Shown here: piece by piece, positions 27,490-35,436 of the stretch
Numbering within the stretch: the first letter of the stretch is position 1
Layout of the letters: every line of letters begins with the position of its first letter
From: a candidate division WOR-3 bacterium
Lineage (GTDB): Bacteria; Hydrothermota; Tepidihabitantia; Tepidihabitantales; Tepidihabitantaceae
Assembly (NCBI GenBank): GCA_039801225.1
Contig: JBDRUH010000011.1
Coordinates: 1-41,261 of the forward strand
Length of the DNA: 41,261 bases
Reading direction: 5' to 3'
Notes under the pieces: model-generated
Told to the model about the DNA's origin: nothing
Seen by the model: the letters and a program-made list of their open reading frames with translations, nothing else
Databases searched by the model: none
Program-made: the position numbers and the translations under genes

Positions 27490-27860
27490 TGTGAGTATTC
27501 AGAGATAATGTCATAGGCAATTATTCAGGGAAAGTGTCATATTGACGGTTTTGAGTTTATGAGAGGGATGGGTTGTTACTATTGGTGGTAGTATGGATGA
27601 AGTATTATCGTTTAATTTCAGGAGGGTTGATATGGATAGATTACAAATTCTTACGAGGAGTTTTGATAATCTGACGGCAGCGAGCGCCGCTAAGATACTT
27701 GACCTCAGTCCGCGCCAGTGTTCCGTCTCAAGGCGCGACTTCGGCAACTTGGACCTGAAGGTATAGTGCACGGTAACCGTGGTCGCACGCCGATAAACGC
27801 CCAGCCGAAGAGGCTACGCAGTTGGGTCTTAGCACTCTACGAAAAGGAGTTCTCCGACCA
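27490..27860 (+). mobile_element. ISNCY/IS1202-like remnant: left end plus frameshifted, truncated transposase N-terminus
   Basis: End TGTGAGTATTCAGAGATAATGTCATAGG with an internal repeat at 27521-27540. Peptide AAKILDLSPRQ, then a -1 shift at ~27718 into FRLK..GPEGIVHGNRGR.P.N; no DDE domain follows. Confidence 0.8.
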
Positions 27861-28236
27861 CTATACTTTTACCCTCTATATTTTAGACTCGCCAAAATTG
27901 CTTCGTTCCACCCTCCATAGCCGAGAAAAATGGGTAGTTTTTCGAAAATGTGATTCTATTGATGAAGGTGCAACGCTAAAATATTAAGATATTGATAAAT
28001 AAGAATTTACGGAATTTAATGGGCTAAAAATATGTAAAATAACAACATTTATTAAAACGATTACTAAACGGTTTGAATAGTATTATGAATTGTATTGTAT
28101 ATAATCTTTGCCCCTATTCTGTAATTGTGAGTAGGGGAAAGAGGGTAGAAAATGGATGTTTACCTTTTCTACTCAAAAATAAGCTAAAATGTGCTGGTTT
28201 AGTCTAAACTATAATAATAAAAAAGGAGAACTGTAA

Positions 28237-28836
28237 ATGAGAAGCAATAAAGGTTTCACTCTGATAGAAGTATTGGTAGTCATTCTCATCCTTGGCATCC
28301 TGATGGCGATTGTCATCCCGAACTATATCCGGTATCAGGAGAATGCGCGCCGGGTGGCAGTCAAAGCAAATATGCGGGTTATTCAGACCGCACTTGAAGG
28401 TTGGGCAGTTGACCACGATGGTATGTATCCGAAAGTGGACGCCACTATCTGGAGTCCGACCGATTCCAATGGAATCGCCCCATATCTTCCCGGTGGCGAT
28501 CCGGTTGGTGAGGAGGGTAAACCAATTCTCGGCTACTTCCCACCGAACCCATATACTCGCAAGCGTTACAACTCTGATACCACTGACCTGACCTATGTTG
28601 AAGGGCTTACGGCAAGAGGGCAGAACGCCCAGGTCCGTTCTACTGATGCCCAGTGTCCGTATAAGACTCAGACGGGCACTCTCCGGGGCGAGATAAGAGT
28701 TCTGGCTTACACGCCAACAGATGCTGAGGCTTTAGAGTATGGCATCTGCGGTTGGGGAAGGGACCTCACCCAGCCGATGTATGACCGGGGTACTTCTCCT
28801 GGGGAACTGATCTACTTTGTATTGTTTAACAACTGA
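28237..28836 (+). CDS. Type IV pilin / pseudopilin-like protein
   Basis: Class III signal peptide KG|FTLIEVLVVILILGILMAIVIP; SD AAGGAG. Confidence 0.88.
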   Translation: MRSNKGFTLIEVLVVILILGILMAIVIPNYIRYQENARRVAVKANMRVIQTALEGWAVDHDGMYPKVDATIWSPTDSNGIAPYLPGGDPVGEEGKPILGYFPPNPYTRKRYNSDTTDLTYVEGLTARGQNAQVRSTDAQCPYKTQTGTLRGEIRVLAYTPTDAEALEYGICGWGRDLTQPMYDRGTSPGELIYFVLFNN

Positions 28837-28846
28837 TATGTCCATT

Positions 28847-28873
28847 AAAATGGGGAAAAATTCCCCGCATTTT
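28847..28873 (+). terminator. Intercistronic stem-loop between the pilin genes
   Basis: AAAATGGGGAA-AAA-TTCCCCGCATTTT. Confidence 0.4.
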
Positions 28874-28888
28874 GGTTTAGAGGATAAA

Positions 28889-29548
28889 GTGAAACTTCAG
28901 AAAAGAGAAAAACGAGGCTTTACTCTAATTGAACTCCTCGTGGTAATTGTCATTCTTGCAGTTCTTTTGAGCATCGTTATCCCGAACTACATTCTCTGGC
29001 GCCGAAGGGCAAAGGAGGCGGCGGTAAAAGCCAATATGCACATTGTTCATGTGGCGATGGAATCCTATGCGGTTGACCACTGCGGCTACTACCCAAACGA
29101 AGATGTCAACTGGACCCCGGTTGAGCATCCCACGTTTAAGGATATGGAGTACTACTTCCCGGCATCCCAGTTTCCAACGAACCCTTACACCGAGGAACTG
29201 TATAACAGCAGCGGTGTGGAAGAGGATTTAACCTACGAAATAAACCACCTCTTTCCAACACCGGAGGATGCGGAAAACATTGACAATGTCCGTTCCGACG
29301 ACCCCAAATGCCCGTATAAAGGTCTTGTCCACCCTGCGAACGAAAGGGGAGCGATTGCGGTTGAAGCCCATAACCCCAATGTTGTTTCCGTTGAACCGCT
29401 GCCAGGACCGGATTACAAGATAGTTACTGACTATGCGGTTGTTGGCTGGGGGCAGAACCCCAATCAACCCATCCATATACCCAAGGGCAATGTGGACATC
29501 TACTTTGTCCTGTTCAACAAAGGAGCGAAACCGGATAAGGACAAGTAA
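28889..29548 (+). CDS. Type IV pilin / pseudopilin-like protein, paralogue
   Basis: RG|FTLIELLVVIVILAVLLSIVIP; shares KANM, P.NPYT, VRS.D..CPYK, GWG and YFVLFN with the upstream gene. GTG 28889 (after GAGGA) is preferred to 28817. Confidence 0.85.
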   Translation: MKLQKREKRGFTLIELLVVIVILAVLLSIVIPNYILWRRRAKEAAVKANMHIVHVAMESYAVDHCGYYPNEDVNWTPVEHPTFKDMEYYFPASQFPTNPYTEELYNSSGVEEDLTYEINHLFPTPEDAENIDNVRSDDPKCPYKGLVHPANERGAIAVEAHNPNVVSVEPLPGPDYKIVTDYAVVGWGQNPNQPIHIPKGNVDIYFVLFNKGAKPDKDK

Positions 29549-29663
29549 GAAAAATCTGAATTAAGAAGAGATTATTATAAGAAATTAGTCTATTCTTAGT
29601 CCTGGGGAAGGTGTTTTTTTAAGTAATCATCCCCAATAAATAAAAGTGCCTTCCTGTTTTTAG

Positions 29664-29726
29664 TTGCGAGCGTTAGCGAAGCAATCTTAAGAGTAGATTC
29701 TTTCGCCCTGACAGGCTTGGAATGAC
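29664..29726. repeat. AATGAC/GCGAAGCAATCT-type palindromic repeat
   Basis: AGCGAAGCAATCT..AGATTC..GCCCTGAC.GGCT..AATGAC, shared with 30696-30745. Confidence 0.7.
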
Positions 29727-29751
29727 TCGCGCCTTTTGTTTATTAGATAAC

Positions 29752-30447
29752 TTAGGGCGAGGTTAACTGGATATTTACCCAGAAACTACAGTCCTTCATA
29801 CTTCCGCTGTTGTCTATCACCAGGTAGTAAATACCGGTTTGGGGAATGGTATCATAAAATGGGTTAACATTATACGCCGGACGCCGGATTAAATACTCAT
29901 AAGGTTCACCCCTTTGCCACTTCTGAAAATTCACCGCGCTCATAAATATTAGATATGTCGGCAGGGACTCAGACCAGGACCAACCACTCAATCGGTAACC
30001 TGCCCAACAAGAATCACCCCAGGAAAAATGACCACCCGCCTTCACCGCCCCATCCCAGTTGATAAAATTTCTCACCAAAGGGCTCACCGTAATTATCAAG
30101 GAATCAGTAACGCTGTCCGGTCTACTATCAACTACCGTTACGCTGATAACCGCACTACCCGAAGACTCGGGCGCAAACCACTTCACGCTGTCCGTCCCCC
30201 GCTCTCGGTTGGCAACTATCGGAGGAAAAGTGAGAGTTCCCTTTGTGCACTTCCAGCGAAAAATCAAGGGACCGACTGCTGGCGTCTCTGCCTCGCAGAA
30301 AACCCAGACGCTATCCCGAACCGAAACCACCTCTTTCCCGGTTAATTTATTAATAATTGGCGGCCCGGGTTTCTGAAAACAGCCGCTAAAGAACCAAAGG
30401 GCAAAAAATACCCCAAGGCAAAACCGGCATTTAACACCGCTACTCAC
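29752..30447 (-). CDS. Putative lipoprotein (Ig/PKD-like plus GOLD-like beta domains)
   Basis: Lipobox-like FFSG|C; beta-rich sequence with YYLVIDNS. Domain calls are tentative. Confidence 0.65.
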   Translation of the reverse strand: MSSGVKCRFCLGVFFALWFFSGCFQKPGPPIINKLTGKEVVSVRDSVWVFCEAETPAVGPLIFRWKCTKGTLTFPPIVANRERGTDSVKWFAPESSGSAVISVTVVDSRPDSVTDSLIITVSPLVRNFINWDGAVKAGGHFSWGDSCWAGYRLSGWSWSESLPTYLIFMSAVNFQKWQRGEPYEYLIRRPAYNVNPFYDTIPQTGIYYLVIDNSGSMKDCSFWVNIQLTSP

Positions 30448-30452
30448 TCCTT

Positions 30453-30481
30453 AGCCTACTCGGCTTTTTTCTTGCTGTCAA
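30453..30481 (-). promoter_or_regulatory. Promoter 5 nt before GTG 30447
   Basis: TTGACA-N17-TAGGCT-N5-GTG. Confidence 0.55.
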
Positions 30482-30558
30482 TACCCCCTTATTATTTCAC
30501 TCGCTCGCCAAATAAGTCAGAAGGAAAAGACGCATCTCCCATTGTGACTCATTTATGC

Positions 30559-30586
30559 TTGACTTTAATTACGGTAAGGTTAATCT
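30559..30586 (+). promoter_or_regulatory. tRNA-Gln promoter
   Basis: TTGACT-N16-TAATCT. Confidence 0.6.
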
Positions 30587-30595
30587 TTAGTTAAC

Positions 30596-30667
30596 TGGGG
30601 GATCGTCTAACTGGCAGGACGGCTGGCTCTGGACCAGCTAGTCGGGGTTCGAATCCCTGTCCCCCAG
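30596..30667 (+). tRNA. tRNA-Gln (anticodon CTG), CCA not encoded
   Basis: Acceptor TGGGGGA/TCCCCCA, anticodon arm GCTGG-CTCTGGA-CCAGC, T-loop TTCGAAT. Confidence 0.95.
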
Positions 30668-30695
30668 TTCCTCTTCCATCGCTTTACCTGCCCGG

Positions 30696-30745
30696 AGCGA
30701 AGCAATCTCAAGGAGATTCCGAAGCCCTGACCGGCTCAAAATGAC
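30696..30745. repeat. AATGAC/GCGAAGCAATCT-type palindromic repeat
   Basis: Direct copy of the core of 29675-29726. Confidence 0.7.
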
Positions 30746-30781
30746 GGCGTTGAGGGATGTTGCCCTCAATATCGGTAGTTT

Positions 30782-31162
30782 CTATCGGTAGGTGTGCTCT
30801 TCAATTACCACCACCGCCGCAGCGTAATCTTCAAGGTGGGTAAGGCTTAAATGCACTCGCCTATGTCCAAGGATTTCCTTTGCCCGTCCGAAAACCTTAA
30901 TGGTCGGGCGAGACCGTTCGTTGTCGCAGACCTCTATCTCCTGCCAGGAGACTATTCCCCTCAAACCGGTGCCCAATGCCTTGGAAAATGCCTCTTTGGC
31001 GGCAAATCGCGCCGCATAGGAAGGAAACCGGTCGGCAAGCCTTTCGCAGAAGGTTATTTCTGATAAGGTGAATATCCGCTTTAAAAATCTATCGCCATAC
31101 CTCTCCACCACCTGCCGAATTCTGGAAACCTTCATCAGGTCTATTCCGACGCCGAAAATCAT
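30782..31162 (-). CDS. acpS: Holo-ACP synthase
   Basis: GVGIDL, ARFAAKEAFSKALGTG, HLSLTH. Confidence 0.95.
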   Translation of the reverse strand: MIFGVGIDLMKVSRIRQVVERYGDRFLKRIFTLSEITFCERLADRFPSYAARFAAKEAFSKALGTGLRGIVSWQEIEVCDNERSRPTIKVFGRAKEILGHRRVHLSLTHLEDYAAAVVVIEEHTYR

Positions 31163-31854
31163 TGTCCTTCAGAACTACGGTTTAATATTTCAATTAGCGG
31201 CACCAGTTCTAAGACATCATTAATCTCGTAATCGGCGCCAGAATTCTTTGTGCCAAAGGCATCGCCGTAACGGGCAAATACGGTAATCATCCCCAACTCT
31301 TTAGCACCAACGATGTCCCTTTCTGCCCAGTCACCAACCATCATCGTCTCCCCGGGTTTAACCTGCAAAAGTTCCAGCACCTTCTCAAACGGCTCCCGGG
31401 CGGGTTTTCTTTTACCGGTGTCATCAAAGGTAACGACCACATCAAAAAATCGGTCGACCCCAAGCGACACCAGCCGCATCCATACCTGCAGTCTTGGTGC
31501 ATCCGAAACAACCGCCAGTTTTAGCCCCATCCGGAAGAGTTTAAGTAAGGCAAGATGAACATGGGGATAAGGTACCAGCGACCCTTCCCGCGCCCGGCGG
31601 TAGGCGATTATGCCACTGGCTAAAATCCGGTAATCAATTAGCCCGAGAACATCTTGCAAAAAATCGTTGAACACCTCCTGATACTCAATCCCTTTTTCCT
31701 CGTAGATAGCGTAAATCTTTTTGCGCGCCGCCTCCGGTGTTAGATCCAAGCCGGCATCAATCATCGCCATAATTGCCGCATCCACCGCAGCATTCTTCCA
31801 TTTGTCAAAATCCACTAAAGTGTTATCAAGATCAAATACCACCGCCCTGACCAT
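31159..31854 (-). CDS. HAD-superfamily hydrolase (subfamily IA)
   Basis: FDLDNTL, VSD, KP and MVGD..RDIVGA motifs. Confidence 0.9.
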   Translation of the reverse strand: MVRAVVFDLDNTLVDFDKWKNAAVDAAIMAMIDAGLDLTPEAARKKIYAIYEEKGIEYQEVFNDFLQDVLGLIDYRILASGIIAYRRAREGSLVPYPHVHLALLKLFRMGLKLAVVSDAPRLQVWMRLVSLGVDRFFDVVVTFDDTGKRKPAREPFEKVLELLQVKPGETMMVGDWAERDIVGAKELGMITVFARYGDAFGTKNSGADYEINDVLELVPLIEILNRSSEGQ

Positions 31855-31855
31855 T

Positions 31856-32350
31856 TTATCTTTGGCGGAAATGACCTATTAGCCTCTGGTAAGTAGTCTG
31901 GAGGTGTTCGCTTACCACCTTGGTCTCGCCCAAAAGAGGCATAAAATTGGTATCACCCTGCCAGCGCGGCACGATATGCAGGTGAAGATGTCCCTTCACA
32001 CCAGCGCCGGCTACCGCGCCTAAGTTAGCGCCGATATTCATCCCTTCAGGCTTGAACTCTTTCTTCAAGACCTTGATACTTTTCTTCAGTAATTGAAAAA
32101 GTTCCTCACCCTCGGCCAGGCTGAGGAACTCAAAACTGGCGATATGCCGGAAGGGTGCCACCATTAGATGGCCGTTGTTATAGGGAAAACGATTCATAAC
32201 AACAAACGCCCATTTCCCTCGGTAGAGAATGAAATTTTCTTCATCAGATTGGCAATTTTTCAGGGTGCAAAAAAGACAGCGTCTTTTCCCTTTTTCGTTA
32301 CCAATACAGTGAATATATTCTGCCCGCCAGGGTGCCCAGAGCCTCTTCAT
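31856..32350 (-). CDS. HIT family hydrolase (FHIT/Ap4A-like)
   Basis: LWAPWR, CLFC, NRFPYNNGH, HLHLHIVPRW.GD.NF. Confidence 0.92.
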   Translation of the reverse strand: MKRLWAPWRAEYIHCIGNEKGKRRCLFCTLKNCQSDEENFILYRGKWAFVVMNRFPYNNGHLMVAPFRHIASFEFLSLAEGEELFQLLKKSIKVLKKEFKPEGMNIGANLGAVAGAGVKGHLHLHIVPRWQGDTNFMPLLGETKVVSEHLQTTYQRLIGHFRQR

Positions 32351-32352
32351 TA

Positions 32353-33609
32353 TCAGCCAAAAAGTTTCAACTGCCCACCTTTGTCACCATTGGTTGGTGT
32401 TGGCTGGCTCTTCAAAGAAAAGGGCAAAACCTTCACCACGCCAAAAACCCCATCATAGCCTGGCTCAACGACAATCTCGCCGCGACGCATCCTGTCAACA
32501 CCTTTGGCAATTTTTTCATCAAACCGGGCAATCTCTTCAATCGGCACATCCAAAAGAATCTCAAACTCACTACCCAATGACCTGACCATCTCCTCATATT
32601 TTTTCGCCACTCCGGCGGTATCCCGTCCGACACCCAGCACTTCGGCGATAATCTCCTCTAATGGCACCAGATGCCGAAAAGGAATCACATCCTTGGGCAC
32701 TTCCTCAGGTTTCCTGTCGGCCAGTTTTTCCACCCTATGCATCACCCCAACCGTCAACCGCCTTCCGCAGACTGGACAGATTGTCCCGGAAAGAATTGAC
32801 TGGGCTGGTGAAAGCCGAACGCCACACTGCCGATGCCCGTCATAGTGGTATTTCCCCTCCTCGGGGAAAAACTCAATTGTAAACAAAAATCGCCTCTTAT
32901 CTTTTGTCTTTAAGACCTCCCGGATCGCATCATAGGACAGTTCGCAGTCAAAGACATTTGCCTCTCTGCCCAGCCGGTTTGGGGAATGGGCGTCGGAATT
33001 GGAAATAAGGGTTTTTTTGTCGAGCGCCGACAGCCGCCAGTTCATCGGCGGGTCAGAAGAAAGCCCAGTTTCAACGGCAAAAACCTCTCCGGACAGGTCG
33101 GAAAAGCACTCCTCCAAGGAGTCAAATCCCGAATTTGACCCGAAGAGAGAAAACCAAGGCGTCCAGATATGCGCCGGCACTAAAAAAGCCTTGGGGTCAA
33201 TCTCTAAGACTCGGGCTAAAAGTTCATAACTGGAGATACTCACCGTAGGTCGGCCATCCACCTTCAAGTTCCCATAACGACCTAAAAACTCCGCCACCTT
33301 CTGGGCGCTTTCCAAACTGGGGACGAAAATCATATTATGAATCCGACGCAACCTGCCTCCGGCGGAATAGATATTATTAACTTCGGTGTTGACAATAAAA
33401 TAGGTATCACCATAGCAATAAAGCCCATTGCCCGCCGGCTTTAAATACTTTTGCAGGGAGTTAAAATACTCCGGATGGGTAAAATCTCCGGTGGCCACCA
33501 AGGTAATCCCTTTCATCTTTGCCGCCCGGGCGATTATTGGAATATCCATCTCCTGACTCGTTGCTCGGGAAAAACGGGAGTGAATATGCAAATCGGCAAT
33601 GAATCGCAT
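32353..33609 (-). CDS. Endonuclease Q family protein (PHP domain plus Zn finger)
   Basis: ADLHIHSRFSRATS, GDFTHP, PAHIWTPWFS, ETGLSSD, NSDAHS, GKYH.DGHR.C..CP.CG..GV..RV, PGYDG.FG. Confidence 0.88.
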   Translation of the reverse strand: MRFIADLHIHSRFSRATSQEMDIPIIARAAKMKGITLVATGDFTHPEYFNSLQKYLKPAGNGLYCYGDTYFIVNTEVNNIYSAGGRLRRIHNMIFVPSLESAQKVAEFLGRYGNLKVDGRPTVSISSYELLARVLEIDPKAFLVPAHIWTPWFSLFGSNSGFDSLEECFSDLSGEVFAVETGLSSDPPMNWRLSALDKKTLISNSDAHSPNRLGREANVFDCELSYDAIREVLKTKDKRRFLFTIEFFPEEGKYHYDGHRQCGVRLSPAQSILSGTICPVCGRRLTVGVMHRVEKLADRKPEEVPKDVIPFRHLVPLEEIIAEVLGVGRDTAGVAKKYEEMVRSLGSEFEILLDVPIEEIARFDEKIAKGVDRMRRGEIVVEPGYDGVFGVVKVLPFSLKSQPTPTNGDKGGQLKLFG

Positions 33610-33614
33610 AACCT

Positions 33615-33642
33615 ATTTTAACTATCGCACCATCAATTTCAA
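33615..33642 (-). promoter_or_regulatory. Promoter 5 nt before ATG 33609
   Basis: TTGAAA-N16-TAAAAT-N5-ATG. Confidence 0.6.
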
Positions 33643-33646
33643 ATTT

Positions 33647-33677
33647 TGTATAAGTCAAATACATTTGCGACATTTTG
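33647..33677. repeat. 31-bp dispersed motif, copy B
   Basis: TGTATAAGTCAAATACATTTGCGACATTTTG. Confidence 0.75.
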
Positions 33678-33687
33678 CCCCCGAATT

Positions 33688-33768
33688 GTCAGGTAATGCT
33701 TTAGCCTTGCAAACCGGAAAGCAAACCTGCCCGAATCGGGCGGCACCTGTTTGGACAGAGTGCCCTAC
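33688..33768. repeat. Degenerate inverted pair of GTAG-type REPs
   Basis: 33688-33710 matches the 22730 REP at 19/23. GCAAACCTG (33721) and GCCCTAC (33762-33768) form a split reverse copy. Confidence 0.6.
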
Positions 33769-33808
33769 ATACAGGATGCTATTGATATCACATTAACTTA
33801 ACGAAGGA

Positions 33809-33836
33809 TTGACAGTGATTTAAATCAAGTTATCCT
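33809..33836 (+). promoter_or_regulatory. Promoter 9 nt before ATG 33846
   Basis: TTGACA-N16-TATCCT. Confidence 0.55.
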
Positions 33837-33845
33837 AAAGAAGGA

Positions 33846-34922
33846 ATGGCTGGAATTTGGCTGATTATTGCCTTCCCGTTAACCGGTGCTAATGATTCGG
33901 TGCTTCTTTTGGGACGCTGCCCAGTTGAGTCGGCATCGGTGCTCATTTCCGGGAATTTCCTTGATACCGATAGAGAAGACATTATCGTGATAGAGAAGTT
34001 AGGTCAGTTGAAACTTTCTTTAATTAACGCTCAAGAGATGGCAGTGGTGCCTATTTTCCGTTTGGTCCTTTTAACAGTTGGTGGGCGAGGATGGGAAAAA
34101 GTATGGTGCTCACCGCCTATGATAGGTCAGGCATCGGCAAAGGTGAACATTAAGCCCCATAGCTGGACAGCGGGTGATGTTGATGGTGACAGCGTTTTAG
34201 AACTGCTTCTTGTCCAGTCCGACTCCTGGGCAATAGTTGATTTTCGTGATGACATTACCGCCACTGAGCCATTTCCACTCACCTGCGGAACGGTCCTGGA
34301 TGTCGCCTGCGCCGATATTGACCTTGACTCCACCTTAGAACTAATTACCTTAGAACAAATCAAGGATTCTTTGGGCAATAGCCTGGGAATAAGAGTGTGG
34401 CGATTTGCCCCTAATGGATTAGCGCCAGGAAGCGAACTTCTCCCCCTACCAAAAGAGGCGATTGGTTTGAACCTTTCCTTTTTGGGCGCCTGCCGACTGG
34501 AGGATTACCCCGGGCTGCCGGTGCTCCTATTAGCCGAACACCCAACAATAAGACCGAGCGTTTATGCAGTCCTTTTTTCTGCTGGTATAGACTCCTTTGC
34601 TATTACCACCAACCCCTTCCCTTACGAGGATTGGTTCAAGCGGGATGAGGTATTACCGGCAGGCAGACTGGTGATTTTCAATATTGGTGATACCCTTATT
34701 GCCTATGGCTATTTTGTCCCAGGGGCAAGACCAGGTGGACCAAAGGAGAGTTTTGCCTTTCTTAGTGAGGCGGAGTGGCACCTTCTTGAGTTTAAAGACT
34801 GGGCGCGGCGGCTGAGCGGTCAAATTTGCCCCTTCAATTATCAGGGAAAATCGGGTTTCTTAGAGTTACGGGAAAGAACCTTTTACTTCTATCCGGATGT
34901 CCCATTTTATTATCGCCATTGA
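33846..34922 (+). CDS. Hypothetical protein with FG-GAP-like (DxDxD) motifs
   Basis: 358-aa ORF with a hydrophobic N-terminus, GDVDGDSVLELL and ADIDLDSTLELI. Confidence 0.7.
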   Translation: MAGIWLIIAFPLTGANDSVLLLGRCPVESASVLISGNFLDTDREDIIVIEKLGQLKLSLINAQEMAVVPIFRLVLLTVGGRGWEKVWCSPPMIGQASAKVNIKPHSWTAGDVDGDSVLELLLVQSDSWAIVDFRDDITATEPFPLTCGTVLDVACADIDLDSTLELITLEQIKDSLGNSLGIRVWRFAPNGLAPGSELLPLPKEAIGLNLSFLGACRLEDYPGLPVLLLAEHPTIRPSVYAVLFSAGIDSFAITTNPFPYEDWFKRDEVLPAGRLVIFNIGDTLIAYGYFVPGARPGGPKESFAFLSEAEWHLLEFKDWARRLSGQICPFNYQGKSGFLELRERTFYFYPDVPFYYRH

Positions 34923-34947
34923 GCGAAAGGTTCAAGATGATTAAAAT
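34919..34947 (+). promoter_or_regulatory. Promoter 6 nt before ATG 34954
   Basis: TTGAGC-N17-TAAAAT-N6-ATG, with no SD. Confidence 0.45.
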
Positions 34948-34953
34948 TTTTCT

Positions 34954-35436
34954 ATGCGCAAGTTAACGGTTCTGGAGCGGGATTTACTCTTCGCCCTTAC
35001 CAATCAGATGCAGGATACCGCCCATTACCTTGACCTTGAGACCGGAGAGGTGATCCCGGTCTTCAGTTTTAACCGGGACCAGATTTTAGCCAAGATAAAA
35101 GAACACCCCTCCCGATTTATCCGCTTGGTTGCTCAGCCGAAAAGGTTAGGAAGGGATATGATGCAGCGGTTCATTGAGACGGTGCGGAAACCGGAACTCA
35201 AGGTACAGCTGATTGCAGCACTCAAGGAACGGCGCCCGTTCAGCCGGTTTCGTGCTGTTCTCCAAGACTACCCGAGAGAGTTTCAGCGCTGGCAGAACTT
35301 CCGGACCCTTTTTATCACCGCCAATTTAAGGGACCGGCTATTTCGCCAGGGAATTAACTTGGAAGTTGTTCCCGAGCCCCCCGGTCCATTACCCTATGAA
35401 CCGCACATTGAGGAGGAGGGCGACGAGGAGGATTAG
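34954..35436 (+). CDS. UPF0158 family protein
   Basis: YLDLETGEVI, M..FIETV..LK.QL..AL...RPF.RF..VL and W..FR. Confidence 0.8.
   Translation: MRKLTVLERDLLFALTNQMQDTAHYLDLETGEVIPVFSFNRDQILAKIKEHPSRFIRLVAQPKRLGRDMMQRFIETVRKPELKVQLIAALKERRPFSRFRAVLQDYPREFQRWQNFRTLFITANLRDRLFRQGINLEVVPEPPGPLPYEPHIEEEGDEED

Noticed and set aside
29752..30745. Integrative element at tRNA-Gln or tRNA-Leu
   Set aside because: No integrase and no duplicated tRNA 3' end seen in the window.
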